Positions 28,003 to 38,400 of a stretch of 64,000 nt of DNA are shown here, in pieces. Position 1 is the first letter of the stretch; each line of letters begins with the position of its first letter. Source of the DNA: a virus (Duplodnaviria; Caudoviricetes); IMG/VR virus record IMGVR_UViG_3300050156_000193, positions 1 through 64,000 of that record; one strand, 5' to 3'. The position numbers and the translations under genes were made by a program. The notes beneath the pieces were generated by a model that did no database searches, was not told where the DNA came from, and saw only the letters and a program-made list of their open reading frames with translations.

Positions 28003-29652
28003 GTGACCATGTCGACCCCTACTCCACTTAATATCCCCCCTTTGGTTATTATAGCTCGGGAGCCAATCCTTCTTGAACCAATACCCCCCACCCTGGTTCG
28101 AATCAACCCTACTTCTGAACTTGCTTCCATCCCGGTACCTACCTCCCCTCCAGTCTCTATAGAGGCTCCCCCTGAAGTGCCCGCCTCCCTGGCAGAGATC
28201 CCAGAATTAGTCCCTAAGGTAAATGCACCTAGGCTCAAAACTAAAAAAGCCGTGCCTGCACCCGTAGAAATTACTACTGCAACTGAGGAAGTAGGAGAGG
28301 CTCTTACTTACCCAGTAAAAACCCCGTTCCAACGGGCTATCCGGAGACTTGGTAACTCCTCTTCATATAAGAAAGCCATTTCCCCTGTCTTTGCGGATAT
28401 TCGTAGTAAAAAGGAGTACCTGACTATAACTCAGTTTGATCCTCTATCAACGGAGTTTCAGGAATCCTTTAACACTGCCTGGGATGCTGATAAACGATCC
28501 CGCACTCAAGCTTTCGGGGACCCGAAACAGCTCGCAGGCTTTTATCGCCGAGGCGGGGGTACCCTCTCCTCTCCTAATGGAGTACCAAGGAATTTCCCTG
28601 CTTTGCCAAATCAGAAAGGCACTAGAGAGTACCCTCTGGATTTGTCCCTAATAACTGATCAAAACCCAATTTCTCATTTCCAGGAAGCCCTTTGGGTAGA
28701 TGTTCCAAGTAAGTGTACTGAGGCTCAGGTTGTAGAATTGGCAATACTCAAAGTAACAGGGTCTCCTGGCCAAGGAAACGACGTAGATCTCTCAAGCCTA
28801 CTGGTCAATATATACTCTGCAGGAGAAGGGATCTGTGCAATCACCTTCTTCAAAATTGCGCACGCAGAGGGGAGAACTTACGCAGCCATGAGACCCGTGT
28901 CCCTTCATACAGTATGGGTTCTACCGTACTACGAAGATTCGGGGTTGACCACAGAACCCTTCTTTTTGAACGGAGGGATAGTCTTCGCGTACAAGACCTT
29001 AGCGTTTCGGGAGCTGGGTCTCAAGCTAAACCTAGACGGGACAGTTCAAGCAGTCGTCCCAGACCTTGTGAATACTGGTCAGTTAAAACTAACTGACGTG
29101 CGTAAAAATCCTCGAAGGATGACTCTACCGATGTTTCCAGATGTCGTAGCGAGCGCCTCCGGGGCCAGGGCTTCTTCTATAAACCGATGGTATGGAGAAA
29201 TGGCTTTTAGTAGTGAGTACTTTCCTTTCTACGTAACAGGGGCAACTGTCTCTCCTGATCATATCTATTCCTCCGGTCAGGTGAGACGATATCCTCTTCA
29301 GCCTAGCAGGTTGGGGGTGTTTACCCCGCCCACCACGTCTATGAGGCTACAGTACGCTCTTTGGCATAAATGCATTGTCCAAGGAGGGGGGAAACATACG
29401 GAGTATAGTGTGTATGTGAGCGGTTTTACGAAAAGACAAGCTTTTCTTAAAGCCATGACTCCCTGTCTTTTGGACTTCATGCCTGAACGGCAAGAGGTCT
29501 GGAAAGAGATCCAGAGCAGGAAAACTCTCAGTCAATTCAATGCTGAACGGATAAAGCTGAATCTACCCCTGATTACGAGAGTAGATCAATTGCAAACAGA
29601 AGCTCAGCGATTGAACTTCTTATCTATTGACCGGACATCTCTACCCGGTTAA
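28003..29652 (+). CDS. Hypothetical protein with Pro-rich N-terminus
   Basis: 549 aa ORF directly after the promoter motif. Confidence 0.7.
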   Translation: MTMSTPTPLNIPPLVIIAREPILLEPIPPTLVRINPTSELASIPVPTSPPVSIEAPPEVPASLAEIPELVPKVNAPRLKTKKAVPAPVEITTATEEVGEALTYPVKTPFQRAIRRLGNSSSYKKAISPVFADIRSKKEYLTITQFDPLSTEFQESFNTAWDADKRSRTQAFGDPKQLAGFYRRGGGTLSSPNGVPRNFPALPNQKGTREYPLDLSLITDQNPISHFQEALWVDVPSKCTEAQVVELAILKVTGSPGQGNDVDLSSLLVNIYSAGEGICAITFFKIAHAEGRTYAAMRPVSLHTVWVLPYYEDSGLTTEPFFLNGGIVFAYKTLAFRELGLKLNLDGTVQAVVPDLVNTGQLKLTDVRKNPRRMTLPMFPDVVASASGARASSINRWYGEMAFSSEYFPFYVTGATVSPDHIYSSGQVRRYPLQPSRLGVFTPPTTSMRLQYALWHKCIVQGGGKHTEYSVYVSGFTKRQAFLKAMTPCLLDFMPERQEVWKEIQSRKTLSQFNAERIKLNLPLITRVDQLQTEAQRLNFLSIDRTSLPG

Positions 29653-29692
29653 AATCCAAGAAGAAACCAGGTTAAAATCCAAGAAGAAACCA
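29647..29692. repeat. 23-bp perfect tandem duplication GGTTAAAATCCAAGAAGAAACCA
   Basis: 29647-29669 and 29670-29692. Confidence 0.95.
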
Positions 29693-29713
29693 GGTTCTAA
29701 ACCTGGTTTTTTT
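29687..29713. terminator. Intrinsic terminator
   Basis: AAACCAGG-TTCTAAA-CCTGGTTTTTTT. Confidence 0.75.
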
Positions 29714-29737
29714 AGATTAATCGACCCCCGACCTTCC

Positions 29738-30712
29738 ATGCCTAATCCGTATCTTCTCAAAATTGCTGAAGCCTTTTTCCATACGACGGGGGAGGACAGC
29801 CTTAGGCGCATCTTATCTAGTGGAAAAATTAAAACACTCTCACATGTGGCGAGAGAAAACCCCGAAGAGCCTATTTCAGTGGAGGTAGGGCTCCTCCCTT
29901 TTAGAAGAGAGGTACTACCTGCGGCAAAGGCTGTAGAGGTCATGTCCGCCAGGAAAATAACAGATAAAGTATTTTTAACGCGAGGAAAATACTTACCTAC
30001 ATATGGGGAATACGTTATAAAAAAAGAGCTAACCCTCCCTATTAAAAGGGTATCTTTAAACTCCATTCCAGAAGAATTTATATCAAGTAGGGTACTATCT
30101 ACTAATACTAATAGCGAGATCTTTGTACCTGAATCCAAAGTTTCGACTTTTCAACAAGAATACCCCAGCTTGAAGGTATATTCGAATAAGAACATCCCTG
30201 CATTTTCTCTGCTTGATCGGGTCAAGAACTACCCGACCAAAGTAAAAGATGTATTGTTTGCGAAAGCAGCCGAGCTTAACGTCAAGCGCATCTCAAACAA
30301 CGCCCTTCTAGCAGGAAGTCAAGGCTTAGGTATTAATGTTGATGCCTCTGATCTGGATGTCTTTATCCCCTACAAGTCTAAATACCAATTTGAAAAAAAT
30401 ATAGAAAGATTACTTTCTCAGTATCCAGGTTTAAAGCCTGGAGAATTCTCGAAAAATAAAGAATCCAAAAGAGTGTTATCTGGCAGCATTGACGGGGTGG
30501 ACGTAGATCTGGCGGTAGCATACGGGCAAAAAGCCCAAGCGTTTAAAAATGCTTTTCTAAAAGCTAAAGACGCACTATCGGAACAGGAGAAGGCAGAGAT
30601 CATTAAAAAGAAAACAGAGCTAAAAAATTCATGGGTATTCCCGGAAACTAGGTATAAAATGTACAAAAATCAAGTTGCAGAAAACTTAGGCCTTAAACAA
30701 ACCTACTTCTAA
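29738..30712 (+). CDS. Two-domain protein: putative ADP-ribosyltransferase-like N-terminal domain + Pol-beta-type nucleotidyltransferase (start revised)
   Basis: MPNPYLLKIA tag; FHTT..SL..IL.SG and VFLT; AGSQGLG....SDLDV plus DVDL. Confidence 0.55.
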   Translation: MPNPYLLKIAEAFFHTTGEDSLRRILSSGKIKTLSHVARENPEEPISVEVGLLPFRREVLPAAKAVEVMSARKITDKVFLTRGKYLPTYGEYVIKKELTLPIKRVSLNSIPEEFISSRVLSTNTNSEIFVPESKVSTFQQEYPSLKVYSNKNIPAFSLLDRVKNYPTKVKDVLFAKAAELNVKRISNNALLAGSQGLGINVDASDLDVFIPYKSKYQFEKNIERLLSQYPGLKPGEFSKNKESKRVLSGSIDGVDVDLAVAYGQKAQAFKNAFLKAKDALSEQEKAEIIKKKTELKNSWVFPETRYKMYKNQVAENLGLKQTYF

Positions 30713-32217
30713 TGAACCCCTATATTCTCAAAATTGCCAAGCAAATTCTCAAAGATACGGAAAAGGTCCCTGAAAAAAGGGGGGTCTCCGGCAAAGGGCC
30801 TCTTCGTCCGAACCAGGAAGAAGCCTTGTCTAAGCTAGATAAGAGCCATGGGCTACTACTACACCACAGCACTGGTAGTGGGAAGACCGTAACCTTTCTA
30901 ACTGCTGCCCAACGAGCTTTGGAAAAGGATAAGACTGGCCGGGCATTGCTAGTAGCCCCTGCAAGCTTAGTTTCTAACATTGATAAAGAGTTGGATAAGC
31001 ATGGCATCAAATTGGATAGAAGTCGGTTAGATGTTATGTCTTACGAAAAGGCAGTGAATCGTTCAGAAGAACTAAAGAAAAATAAGTATGCAATTGCCAT
31101 CCTTGATGAAGCTCAGAAAGTTCGAAATAGTGACACAAAACGCACTCAGATACTGGGGGATATTGTTTCCAAGGCAGACAACCGAGTTTTGGCAACTGCT
31201 ACCGCAAACTACAACCATGTTGCTGACCTAGCACCTATTATGAATATGGTGGCAGGTCATGAAGTTTTGCCAAAAGACAAGAGAGCGTTTGAAAAGAGGT
31301 TCACTCAGACTTCTAAGAAACCTCAAGGTATCCTTGATAGGATTCTTCGCAAACCCCAAGAAGAGGAAACTTCTTTAAAGGGGCAGAAAGAGCTGGGCAA
31401 GCTTTTTAAAGAGCACGTCCATTACTATGATGCTAGTGAAGATAAGAGCGTTCAGGACAAATTTCCCAAGACTACTGAAAAGACCATTGAAGTAGATATG
31501 TCCCCGGAACAGAAGCGGATGTACTCTTATATGGAAGGTCAACTCCCCTCTCTTCTGAAAATGAAAGTCCGCCACGGAATGCCTCTGGACAAACAAGAAA
31601 AGGCTCAGTTGAACTCTTTCTCTGCCGGTGTTAGACAGGTGTCAAATTCTCATCGTCACCTCTCCCAAACTCCAGACAAGGTCGCATATACTCCAAAAAT
31701 TGAAGCTGCGGTGAAAAGCCTTAAAGAGCGTGCAGGAAGCGATAAGAACTTCAGGGGATTGGTGTATTCTAACTACCTAGACGCCGGGGTGTATGAGTAT
31801 GCGAAGAAGTTAAAAGAAGAAGGTATTTCTCATCATATCTACACCGGGGGGCTTTCTAAGTCGGAGAAAGACGCCATGGTTAAAGACTACAATGAGGGTA
31901 AGGTAAAAGCCTTGCTAATCTCTTCTTCAGGTGCAGAAGGGTTGGATCTAAAAGGAACTAAGCTAACTCAAGTCCTAGACCCCCACTTTAACCCAAGTAA
32001 GATCAAGCAGGTAATCGGCCGTGGATCTAGATATGAAAGCCATGCTCACTTGCCTGAAAATGAGAGGACTCATGAAGTAGAGCACTACCTTTCTACTTTG
32101 CCTAAAAACCTGATGGGTAAGGCTCCGATGAGCATCGATAAATACCTGCATGAGAACTCTGGGGAAAAGCAGGTGATGTTTGATCAGTTAAAAGAAGTGA
32201 TGAAAAAGAGTAACTAG
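30712..32217 (+). CDS. SNF2/SF2 helicase with NPYILKIA N-terminal tag
   Basis: HSTGSGKT, DEAQ, TAT, GAEGLDL, QVIGRGSR. Confidence 0.85.
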   Translation: MNPYILKIAKQILKDTEKVPEKRGVSGKGPLRPNQEEALSKLDKSHGLLLHHSTGSGKTVTFLTAAQRALEKDKTGRALLVAPASLVSNIDKELDKHGIKLDRSRLDVMSYEKAVNRSEELKKNKYAIAILDEAQKVRNSDTKRTQILGDIVSKADNRVLATATANYNHVADLAPIMNMVAGHEVLPKDKRAFEKRFTQTSKKPQGILDRILRKPQEEETSLKGQKELGKLFKEHVHYYDASEDKSVQDKFPKTTEKTIEVDMSPEQKRMYSYMEGQLPSLLKMKVRHGMPLDKQEKAQLNSFSAGVRQVSNSHRHLSQTPDKVAYTPKIEAAVKSLKERAGSDKNFRGLVYSNYLDAGVYEYAKKLKEEGISHHIYTGGLSKSEKDAMVKDYNEGKVKALLISSSGAEGLDLKGTKLTQVLDPHFNPSKIKQVIGRGSRYESHAHLPENERTHEVEHYLSTLPKNLMGKAPMSIDKYLHENSGEKQVMFDQLKEVMKKSN

Positions 32218-32369
32218 TGCAATTTCTTAATTTAATCCTGAAAGATACGACGATTACGATAACAGTCTTTTGTGTCCTCATAGCAACAATTCTAGTGTTC
32301 TTCCAAGACTGAATCTAAAGCGTCACCCCCTAGGCGCTTTTTTTTAGTTAGATATGAGTTAGTTGTAAA

Positions 32370-32398
32370 TTCAACATTTTGCAAGAACGTGGTATAAG
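32370..32398 (+). promoter_or_regulatory. Early-type promoter motif, copy 5
   Basis: TTAGTTGTAAATTCAAC-N17-TATAAG; 40 bp nearly identical to the copy at 58298. Confidence 0.75.
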
Positions 32399-32457
32399 GG
32401 GGTTGTAAATAGAATCCTTTCTATTTAGCCGAGTTTCCCCCAACTGAAAGGCTCTTA

Positions 32458-33729
32458 ATGACCACGTTTTTCGCTCAGTCCGGTTCCACTTTTTCAATTC
32501 AGAACGACCTGAACTCTGTTATTCACGACAAACTTCCTGCTGGAAATTACGCCGTAAAACAAAATCCTATGACAGGTGCTTTTTATTTAGAAAGCACTGA
32601 GAACTTTGAAGCCCCCGGCAAGATTTATGGGGACCCAATTCGTTACGCCAATCGCATTCTGAACACATTTCAGGATAAAAATAAGAGCTTAGGCACTCTC
32701 CTGGCAGGAGAGAAGGGTTCTGGGAAAAGCATGCTGTGCAGGGAAATCTGTCGACTTGGGTATGCATTGGAGTACCCAACCTTGATTATCACCAGCCCAA
32801 TGCGAGGGGATGGATTCTTTCAATTTCTGCATGCCATCTCTCAGCCCACCATCGTTTTCTTCGATGAGTTTGAGAAGGTCTACGACCGAGACGAGCAGCA
32901 GGGTTTGCTGACCTTGCTGGATGGAGTGTTCCCTTCCAAGAAGCTTTGGCTCTTGACCTGCAACGATAAGTGGCGGCTGGATTCTCACATGCGGAATCGA
33001 CCTGGCCGAATTCACTATATGATCGAATTCCAAGGCTTAGATATGGCATTCATCAAAGAGTACTGCGAAGATCGCCTGGACGACAAAACCCAGATCGACG
33101 GGGTCCTTTCCGCCTTGAGCATTTTCCATACAGTAAACTTCGATACCTTACAGGCACTAGTATCGGAAATGAATTTGTACAAAGAATCTGCTTTGGATTC
33201 TCTTGAGCTGCTTAACGCACGCCCGGATAGTGACGATAAGAACGCTTATTCAGTCAGCTTGGTGCATCAGGCTACCGGCATTACTTGGGGGGATGCCCCT
33301 GGTCAGGGCGAGGGGAAGTCCTTTTCTATGGACGGTAGTAGGATTGACAAATCGCCTTTGCATTTGCAAAATCACTTCGTCCAGTTCTATAATGTAGATC
33401 TGGACGATTTGGCGAAAGCAGGGAAAACCTTCGAACAAGTTAAAGAGTTGGCTGCAAGTTGTGGGCTATTGACTGAACAGCTTTTGGAAAGTGAGGGGCT
33501 TTTCTATAAGCTGCAATCTGGTGTGAAGCTGACTGACGAAGAGGAAGATCTGAAGTACCTTAAAGCATTCCGAAATAAGAGTATCAGCCTTAGCAGTAAA
33601 GACCTCCTTGGCGCTGACCTTGAAGCTGGGGTGTTTGAATTCAAAGCCGATCCAGGGTTTGTTATCAAGGTAAAGCGCAACGTCTCCCCAGGCCTTTCTA
33701 TTCGGGAAGCAATGGGTCTGCTGGTCTAA
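32458..33729 (+). CDS. AAA+ ATPase
   Basis: Walker A GEKGSGKS, Walker B FFDEFEK, sensor TCN, RPGR. Confidence 0.9.
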   Translation: MTTFFAQSGSTFSIQNDLNSVIHDKLPAGNYAVKQNPMTGAFYLESTENFEAPGKIYGDPIRYANRILNTFQDKNKSLGTLLAGEKGSGKSMLCREICRLGYALEYPTLIITSPMRGDGFFQFLHAISQPTIVFFDEFEKVYDRDEQQGLLTLLDGVFPSKKLWLLTCNDKWRLDSHMRNRPGRIHYMIEFQGLDMAFIKEYCEDRLDDKTQIDGVLSALSIFHTVNFDTLQALVSEMNLYKESALDSLELLNARPDSDDKNAYSVSLVHQATGITWGDAPGQGEGKSFSMDGSRIDKSPLHLQNHFVQFYNVDLDDLAKAGKTFEQVKELAASCGLLTEQLLESEGLFYKLQSGVKLTDEEEDLKYLKAFRNKSISLSSKDLLGADLEAGVFEFKADPGFVIKVKRNVSPGLSIREAMGLLV

Positions 33730-33732
33730 AAA

Positions 33733-33957
33733 ATGACCCTCTCCCGTGTTCGAAAAACCGGGGCAGGGTATTTCTGGGCCGAGGAGGAGAAGGCTCTACT
33801 GACTTCTATTTATAGAACTGGTGGAAGCTTTTCTCTTTCTCGTGCGGTAGAAGCCCTGGCTCCTAAAAGCAGAAGTACCATTGCAGCTCAAGCCAGTCGC
33901 TTGAAGTTGACCGTTCCCAGGCCCAGGAAGACCCTTTCAACCGACGACAAGGATTAG
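33733..33957 (+). CDS. Small Myb/SANT-like HTH protein
   Basis: WAEEEKALL...RSRSTI..QASRL pattern. Confidence 0.45.
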   Translation: MTLSRVRKTGAGYFWAEEEKALLTSIYRTGGSFSLSRAVEALAPKSRSTIAAQASRLKLTVPRPRKTLSTDDKD

Positions 33958-33959
33958 AA

Positions 33960-34223
33960 ATGCTAGCAAATAAAGAAGTCTCAGCTTCGATCTCAGAAGC
34001 ACTTGATGCCTTAGAGGATAGTCTAGGTAGCAACTCGGAGTTTGACGTTGTGGTGATATTTTTGCCCAAAACCATTCGACAAAACGACTCTGACCTCAGA
34101 GAGATCTTAGAAGAAGACCCCCCGCTTCTGGTCTACACCGACAGTGCTCGACTAGAGGAAGCGGAAATGGCTATCAAATCAGAAGCCTATTATCTACACC
34201 AAGAACACGTCCTAGTGGGTTAA
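33960..34223 (+). CDS. Hypothetical acidic protein
   Basis: 87 aa ORF in operon. Confidence 0.55.
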   Translation: MLANKEVSASISEALDALEDSLGSNSEFDVVVIFLPKTIRQNDSDLREILEEDPPLLVYTDSARLEEAEMAIKSEAYYLHQEHVLVG

Positions 34224-34224
34224 C

Positions 34225-34254
34225 AAAAAAACCTAGTCCCCACTAGGTTTTTTT
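34225..34254. terminator. Bidirectional terminator
   Basis: AAAAAAACCTAG-TCCCCA-CTAGGTTTTTTT between convergent genes. Confidence 0.85.
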
Positions 34255-34257
34255 AGC

Positions 34258-35400
34258 TTATCCAATAGTAATAGGAGTGTTCACTTTAATCGCCCCGGAC
34301 TTTAGCGCAGCCAAAGCTTCTTCTTCGGTCTTGAAATGAACCTGTTTTTGCTCATGATCAGGCTCTGTTAAATGCATAGACCCTAGAATAGCTTCATGTC
34401 CAGGGGCTACCAGACTGTTCCCTAAGCCCTTTCGGAAGTCATAGATATGAGACTCTGGTAAGAGCTTCTTCCTAGCTTCGACAATAGCCTCATCCGAAAT
34501 AGGAACATGAACCGTTAACGCATCCCCGTCGTAGTCTCCTGCAAATAGACTCAAGTGAAGAGGGCTTATCCCTAGAGTCTTCCCCGGAATAGGCTTTGGG
34601 TAAGCTGCTGTTACGTTAGACAACATCAAAGTAGGGGCACGGTTTAACAAAATAGGGATTTGCTTGATCAACTTATTATAGCTAGCCTGTGCAGCAGTAG
34701 TCCTGGCAGTAACAGCCTTCTTTGCTTCCGGGTAGGTGTATCCGTTTTTGACCAAGTCTCTAATAATGTGGTACTCGTACATGGTCCATATCATTTCGCT
34801 AGGTACTGCAGCTTCGTTAAAACCTAGATTAGGCTCAGCATAGATTGTAGCTCGACCTGAAAAGTCCTGCTTCTTGGATAGGATCTTGCTTTGAAAGAAG
34901 CCGGTCTTAGGCCCCCCTTCTCCTCCAATCTGTTTCAAGAAACCCTTCAGTCCTTCCCCGCGAGATGAACCCTTGATGGCCTCTCCTACCCCAAAGATAG
35001 CCTTGGCCCCGTTATAGAGATCTCTACGCTCTCCTGCAAGCATGTCATCCCCGAAGAATTCCTTAGCTTCACCGAGCTTGGAATTCACAAGCATATGATC
35101 CTGGTAAAGCTTATTAGCGTCCGGATATTTGATTCTATTCCCGGCCTGTTGAATAGGGGGCCTACAAATCGGGGGAATTACCGGCATATGGTTAATAATG
35201 AAAGACTCTTCCGGCTTAGTCCCAGAGCTATCTAACGCAGCCAAGTACTTGATCTGCTTCACCATATCGTCACGTTTAGCTGCGCTCTTAACTTCGTGAA
35301 TATCCTTCTTCAGCGCCCCCAGCTGTTCCTTAATGTTTACAGCGGAGAGCATATCGTGAAATGCTTGACCTCCAGTAATGATAGAATCTTCGTTTTCCAT
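34258..35400 (-). CDS. rpoC: Phage RNA polymerase, beta-prime central (catalytic) part
   Basis: PVIPP..RP, ILSKKQDFSGR, LLNRAPTL, catalytic AGDYDGD...VHVP. Confidence 0.9.
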   Translation of the reverse strand: MENEDSIITGGQAFHDMLSAVNIKEQLGALKKDIHEVKSAAKRDDMVKQIKYLAALDSSGTKPEESFIINHMPVIPPICRPPIQQAGNRIKYPDANKLYQDHMLVNSKLGEAKEFFGDDMLAGERRDLYNGAKAIFGVGEAIKGSSRGEGLKGFLKQIGGEGGPKTGFFQSKILSKKQDFSGRATIYAEPNLGFNEAAVPSEMIWTMYEYHIIRDLVKNGYTYPEAKKAVTARTTAAQASYNKLIKQIPILLNRAPTLMLSNVTAAYPKPIPGKTLGISPLHLSLFAGDYDGDALTVHVPISDEAIVEARKKLLPESHIYDFRKGLGNSLVAPGHEAILGSMHLTEPDHEQKQVHFKTEEEALAALKSGAIKVNTPITIG

Positions 35401-35437
35401 GGTTCAATTTTAGATAGAAGGGGCCAGAGCCCCTGGG

Positions 35438-38400
35438 TCAATCTTCTTTTTCAGCTTCAACTTCGTCTTCGATCACAGGCCTTGCTTTAAGAGAGTTCAC
35501 TTGGATGGAGCGTAGCTTTTTCCCAGATTCGATATCATGCAAATGAAAGGTGTCCCCTTGCTTCTTAACCCCGATCTTTCCGTAAGCAATCCCTTCGAAT
35601 TCCTTAGTAGATAAACCGAGAATAGACTTGATAGGTCTTTCCATCAAAGGATTGGCAATAGGCTCACTCAGAGAGTAATGCCCCCATTTGTTACCTCTCA
35701 TGCCTCCTAGGATGGCAGGGTCAAACAGGCCTCCCTTTTCCGGCTCCAAGTTCTTTGCGGAAATCATAGAGGGCTCCTTAACCTCGCCATTAGACATAGA
35801 CAGAATATCCTTATCCGTCAAGGGGGACGCCGTCAAGGTTCCATTACTGAGCGTAGTTTTAATCCCTGCAGCGGTCAAGTAATTGATGAACTTTTGAGTT
35901 GCAAAAGTAACCTTAGGCTTTGGCAAAGGTTGACCTGTCAAGAACTTATCCCAGTACTCAGGGCTATTTTCACTCTTAGTGGTGGCAATTTCTTTCAAGT
36001 TCTTTCGGGCATTCGATCCCATCAGGCCTAGCATTTCCATATAACCAACGCTCTTAGACCCCTCTTCTCCACCCTTACTAGGTTGACCGTTAGCATCGTA
36101 GCTTCCTGTATTTCTAGCAGACCAGTTCTGGTCCGAGGTCTTGTAGAGTTTCAGGAAATACTGAGGACCGTTCAGGACTTTGCCTAACACTTTTTGAGTG
36201 GTAGGGTCTACCAGTTCTTCTGAGTCTTGAAGACCGTGGGCTTCCAGTTCCTTTTTTAGCCCGACAACGTTAGAAGCCTTGCTGAAGTTGTGGATTAAGT
36301 AAGGAGTTCCAGTTTTCTTAGCAATCTTTGCAGCAGCAGTTTCCATAAGCTGACCAAGATTCACTCGAGAAGTTACTGATGCAGGATTCAGTAGGATATC
36401 AACCGGCTTACCCTCACCTTTAAGGTAAGGCATTTCATGGTCTTCCAGGATCAGGGATACGATCCCCTTATTGCCGTGAAGGCCGGTCAGCTTGTCCCCA
36501 ACCTCTAGGTGCTTCACAGACCTGATGATAAAACGAACCTGACGGCTTGCTGTATGAGCGTCCACCACCTCTCCGTTTTCTTCATGGTTCCAGGGCTCCA
36601 TAACAAGCCTATAAGGGGTCACCAAGGTCTTATGGAGTCTGCCTAGCATCTTATCCTCAGGAGTCGGCTCCTTGTGTTCTAAGACGGCATATACAGGGTC
36701 CCCATGCTTAAGGATTGCACCCTGCTTAGCAAAGCCTCGATCATCTAAGTTATCAAGCTGCTCGCGGGTGATCTTACCTGGGAAATATCTAGCAATCAGA
36801 GACTTCTTAGGCACAGACATTTCGTTGATTTCGTAGTCAACCTTATAAGCATGGTGACTGGACAAACTCTGAGCTGCGCTTCTGCTAATAACCAATCCGT
36901 CCTCGTGGTTATAACCCTTCCACGGAATGTAAGCTGCATGAAGGTTTCTACCTAAAGCCAAGGTACCGTCTTTAGTGTAGTTACTATCAAACAGGACTGT
37001 TCCAGGCTTAACTCGATCTCCAACTTTCACCAAAGGCTTTTCGTCATCGTGAAAGCCCTTCATATTGAAAGGTAGATTCTTGACAGCTTGGATTGTTTCC
37101 TTTTTACCATCCGGGGTTTGAATAACGACCTTCAATCCGTCCACGGCAGTAATAACCCCCTCCACCGGAGAAGTCGTCCCTACTACGGCTGCAAGCTGTT
37201 TGGCAAAAGAAACCCCATGTTCATTCACTGTTTGAACCAGAGGAGCTTCTCTGTTTACCAAGCTCAATGCTTGGGGGATAGCTTTGCCAGCCATGGTCAA
37301 GCGCCCTGGGTGGTTACTATTCAGGAATGGGACCAGATTAGTGGTCACCGTATACATGTCAGTAGTATCTGCTAACCAATAGTCGATGTCTTTTGCAGGA
37401 CACTTCCCAAGTTCTCCATGTATTTGAGCCTGAACCTCCTTCATTCCATCTTGGTGGGGGAATCCGATGTTCTTTGTCATCATCTCATGGACGCTGAGGA
37501 AATGGTACTTACCAGAGTTATCCTTTACTCGTGAGTAAAGGTTCCCCTCCTCGTCTCTACGTGCAGTCACCGTGAATCGCTGGTCGATACCCGCATGACC
37601 GCTTTCCGGAGTACGGCTAGGGTCAATAATGCCTAAGTGGGACGGGTCAATGTCTCGGGCAGACATCGGTACTCCTCTGTCAGAGGCAATACCCCCCTCT
37701 CCTGCACCCAGTACCGTTACCTTAGCGACGTTTTCAACTGACTCGATAGGGTTGGTTTCTGACGGAGTAGAGACTAGATTACTATCCATCAAGTAATTAG
37801 AGAAGAACTTGTTGAAGGGCTTAGGAACCATACTCCCTTTTAGCTTAGGCTTCAAAGGGTCCATTCGGTCCAATTCACGGACTACTCTACCCTTCACTAG
37901 CTTAACGACCTGATGTTCCTTGGCAAACCGAGTCTTTAAAAAGTCTGGGAGGTTCTGTACTCTCTTGAACTGTAGAGAGTCCCGATTGTCTTCTTGACGT
38001 TTACCAGAGTGAGTATCGACGAGGTTCTTCAAGGAAAGGAGGATGGCGTCGTGATTGACTCCAACCAGAGCCTTACCTAAGGTTGACTGAGTTGTTTGCG
38101 GGTGCAGAGAAGACTCCTCTAGGGACTTCTTTAGTTGCATCGCCATCCCTTCCGGGGAAGCATTTGCTTCTTGCTTAGAAGTGGAAACCATTCTGTGATA
38201 AATATCACTCAAGTACTTGTTTTCTTTACCTTTGACAAAAGCCAGATTATCATTCCACACTTCAGGAGGGACGTAGTTACTAACTTCTTTCGGCCCAATA
38301 CCAAAGACCTTTGTTAATAGCGGGGCTGCAGGAATTTTTGAGCTACCAACTTCTAGGTAAAAGATCCCGGTTTGCGGCTCCAAGGTTAGAGAAAAGCTGC

